A stretch of DNA of 64,000 nucleotides from Nematocida ausubeli (taxonomy: Eukaryota), in the NCBI RefSeq assembly GCF_000738915.1, contig NW_026515636.1, positions 62,001 to 126,000 of the forward strand, given 5' to 3'. Under the pieces are notes generated by a model. That model did no database searches, was not told where the DNA came from, and was given only the letters and a program-made list of their open reading frames with translations. Within the stretch, counting starts at the first letter, position 1; the number at the start of each line of letters is the position of its first letter. Position numbers and translations under genes: made by a program. Positions 60,973-64,000 of the stretch are shown here, in pieces.

Positions 60973-62269
60973 ATCCTTTTTACTATATTTTATATTATAT
61001 TTTCTTGTGCTTAATTTAGTCATTAGAGTGCTTTGTATGACAATCTGGCTATATATCCTTGCAGTGTATCTATGTTTTAGCACAGATTTCTACTCGTTAT
61101 AGGCCAATTACACTTATACTAAACCATTCAAGCCATTTGGAGCTTTTAGGATTCATTGTATGTACACTTGTTAAAATATACGAATAGAATTCTAATTGAA
61201 CAATTTTTATAACTAGTCTGTATACTTCAATAAAATTGCTAAATCTAAACCAAGATGTTTAAGAGGTCAATTTTTTGAATAAATACTAAAGTTTAGTAGT
61301 GTCTCTGTAGTATGCAATATAGGGGCATTACCCAAAAGCTTTATTTCTACCACGGAGCTACAGCTAATAGAAATAAATTCAATAATTGGCTTAAGTAATC
61401 AGTCTGTTACGATCTCATTAGAGGATTGGTTTTCATCGGAATATAAAGAATGAGCCACCCTCTTTTGAGAAAAGTAGTCTTCTTTTAGAAAGTATATTTG
61501 TTTATGGTGCGTTCTTTTTATTTCTAAGCCCTTCTATTTCTATGCACATATTTTAAAAAAACAAAGTATATATTTTTATACTACAGCAATTATTTTAGTG
61601 GACAGTTTTTAGCAATAAAAAGGCAATAGGCAGCGAAAATCAAAAAAGTGACACAAACCAGAGAACCATGAATAAGGAAGCACCACAAGAAACTAGCTTA
61701 TTAAATATTCTTAAAATCATAGCACGATTCAATAAAGAACGAAACGAATGTGTATAGACAAAAAATATGCATGAGCTAACATGGGGTTTATGTTCATTCA
61801 GGCTTTATGACATTCAGAGACAAAAAGATGTTTTTATTACATGTAGCATACTAAACACAAAGTACTTTATAATATTTTCAGTGCACAGACATAACTATCA
61901 AAATTTATCGAATTTGGGCAAAGAATATATGCATACATCTCTCTAATATAATTTGCAATTAATTTAAGAGGCATTTTTCTTTGGAGAGTAATGGCTATTG
62001 GCGACTATGCTCTTTCTAGGGGAAATGTCTCAACGATAATTTCTGGCAGACTAAAGAATATGATTTGTCATACACACATTGGGCAAATAACTGAGCTATT
62101 AAAATGCATAATGGCATCAGACTACTGGACGCTTATAAGCGAAATTGTCCTATAGATGTGCAGAGCAAAAATAACATATTTATATAGATCAGTAGCTAGC
62201 TCTTCTAGCATGATGCAAAGTAGTATTCTAAATCAGGTAAAAAGAAAATCTTTTTCTGTTTTATATTTA

Positions 62270-64000
62270 ATGAAACACCGGATAATTATGCACCTTCTAG
62301 TGATGCATGGTATTTTCGCACGACTCAGCATTGAAAACATAATGAAAATCCACGAACTGCAGATAGATGGCGCCTCTGGGCTTACTATCAACCCGGACGG
62401 CCCTCTTACCCCGCTGCGCGGCTACATTGGCTACCGTAATGGATACGTCTATAACAAACGATTTTTCTCCGCAGAAATAGAAACAAGCTACTCCATGGCA
62501 AAGAAAAAAGTCCTCAGAGAGGGCACGGTAGACTATGAATTCACAAGAAAGCCTGTTGACGACGGAGTGTACAAAGACTTAGCTGAAAAGTCACCAACCG
62601 GCAAGTATCTTAGCACATACCACTCCATGCTCATAAAGATGTTTCCGTCTGCTGATGGGAACTTTTCCATTGAGGCAGGAAGGCCAAATGCACTCACAAA
62701 CTTCCTAAGAGCAGAGCACGTCAGAAAAGACACAAAGTACATTTTTGCCGCCCTGCTGCTTCTCTCAGAGGGGATTGACGTTAAAATAGCAGTAGACCCC
62801 ACAGGAGAAAAAAATAGGCTTGTGATAAAGAGCAAGAAATGTGCCGAGAAGGTGTTTGTGGACGTAGAGATGCACATGGCAGGCATAGATCCATTTACTA
62901 AAGAGCACAAGAAGGATATTTACCAAAGTGAAGTGACGGGAATTGTCAACTTCTTTCTGCAGTGCAGAGTCAATCCACTGCTAAAGAGAGGAGGCGAGTT
63001 TGCAGAGCCAGCCAGCATAGAAGAGTTTGAGAGCGGCAAATTTCTGAACAGTATAGGCTTCCTCATACAGACATACATATACGAGTTCATCGATACTGTG
63101 CAGGCGTACAAGGAATTTGTGCATGCCGTGCACGAGCTGCTGGTTGACCAAATGACCACAGAAAGTAGCAGCGGAAAAAAGAAGGGAAAGAAGGACCGGA
63201 TATTTGACAGGTTCTTTCTGCAAAAGGACTCCAATGGCGCAGAGATGAAATACATTAAGCCCTTTTACGAGCTCGCAAAGATCATGGATAAAGATATGAC
63301 ATTCCCCTTCTGTGACTCCAGTCAGCTGCCAGTGTACACTAAAATACCGCGGTATAAACTGGATAAGACTGGCTTTGAAGAAGAGGAGTCCCTAAGCTAC
63401 AGTGACTGTGTAGAGTCTGCCCTTCTTGGGCTATTCTGCTGTCTGGCGTATAACCCAGAGAAAAGAGAGTACCAAACAAGCCACATGGGAGATAAAATAA
63501 GCGATGAACTAAGGGACTTCTTTAAAAGCTATCCTGCGCCAGTGGAAGTTGTTGACCATGAAATGCACAAGCAATGGAGCAGGGTTGTTTCTTGCTTAAA
63601 GAACGACAAGATTGACTACAAGCACCCAAAAAATGAACTTCTCTCTGGAGCTGCAAATATATTTCTAGCAATTGCAGGAATAACTGGACAAGAAGATGAC
63701 ATACTAGATCTAGTTGAGAGTATAGAAAATGCGTGCAGGCTACAAAAGTTAGAGAACGAACATATAGATTATATCACAGATAAAATTCAGTTGATTATTA
63801 CATCGCTCTCTTATAACAAGAATGTAGTAGTGAGCTGCGGTAACATAGATTTTTGGATAAGATCAAGTGGCAAGGAAGATCTTTTCTTTCAAATCGATAT
63901 TATCTACGGATTTGACGATAAAAAGCATGGGATTTCTCTATATATAAACAGCGGGCATGCTTCTTTGAGAATTCTTCAGCTATCCTCTATACCTGCACAT
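62270..64000 (+). CDS. Nematocida large-gene-family secreted protein (NemLGF1-like), truncated by the window edge and absent from the ORF track
   Basis: Hand translation from the ATG at 62270 gives MKHRIIMHLLVMHGIFARLSIENI...INPDGPLTPLRGYIGYRNGYVYNKRFFSAEIETSY, with later MFPS, IFAALLLLSEG, FLNSIGFLIQTYIYEF and DCVESALLGLFCCLAYNP. The frame appears open to the window end. Confidence 0.88.
   Translation, partial: MKHRIIMHLLVMHGIFARLSIENIMKIHELQIDGASGLTINPDGPLTPLRGYIGYRNGYVYNKRFFSAEIETSYSMAKKKVLREGTVDYEFTRKPVDDGVYKDLAEKSPTGKYLSTYHSMLIKMFPSADGNFSIEAGRPNALTNFLRAEHVRKDTKYIFAALLLLSEGIDVKIAVDPTGEKNRLVIKSKKCAEKVFVDVEMHMAGIDPFTKEHKKDIYQSEVTGIVNFFLQCRVNPLLKRGGEFAEPASIEEFESGKFLNSIGFLIQTYIYEFIDTVQAYKEFVHAVHELLVDQMTTESSSGKKKGKKDRIFDRFFLQKDSNGAEMKYIKPFYELAKIMDKDMTFPFCDSSQLPVYTKIPRYKLDKTGFEEEESLSYSDCVESALLGLFCCLAYNPEKREYQTSHMGDKISDELRDFFKSYPAPVEVVDHEMHKQWSRVVSCLKNDKIDYKHPKNELLSGAANIFLAIAGITGQEDDILDLVESIENACRLQKLENEHIDYITDKIQLIITSLSYNKNVVVSCGNIDFWIRSSGKEDLFFQIDIIYGFDDKKHGISLYINSGHASLRILQLSSIPAH

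Noticed and set aside
1..64000. tRNA or rRNA genes
   Set aside because: No cloverleaf with a T-loop GTTCRA and no rRNA-like segment found by eye; tRNAscan-SE would be decisive.

Overview
This is eukaryotic, gene-dense, AT-rich and apparently intronless DNA. It looks like a chromosome segment of a microsporidian, most likely Nematocida. That call is an inference from very short intergenic spacers, CCC motifs before start codons, highly divergent fungal-type housekeeping proteins and three members of a Nematocida-type large secreted gene family. About 40 CDS are supported. Housekeeping genes include importin alpha, glutamate-cysteine ligase, RPL37A, RPS30, RPS24, NCL1/Trm4, choline-phosphate cytidylyltransferase, Med4, RCC1, thymidylate synthase, PTPA, Vip1/PPIP5K, Sec6, Svp26, a Ctf8-like protein, an Ulp1/C48 protease and a Ski2-like helicase. 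There are also two secreted ricin-B-lectin-like proteins with repeat tails and a tandem pair of multi-pass membrane paralogs. Four signals stand out. (1) A head-to-head pair of diverged large-family genes shares a perfect, in-frame 197-bp inverted repeat around a 1345-bp promoter cassette, which could be an invertible promoter/N-terminus switch or a gene-conversion tract. (2) An unannotated hairpin-dense ~500-nt region upstream of RCC1 has G-U pairs that favour a minus-strand RNA; it has partial RNase P-like elements and a 3x CAGACAATG repeat with 56-57 bp period. (3) A 2.4-kb gene-free interval holds a GANGARYTTAA-like motif array and a second hairpin cluster. (4) Several small ORFs are unexpected: a twin-CX3C small Tim, Yju2-like and SmD2-like spliceosome remnants, and a STAN-motif-like micro-protein. 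All family assignments come from motif recognition by eye; no searches were run.
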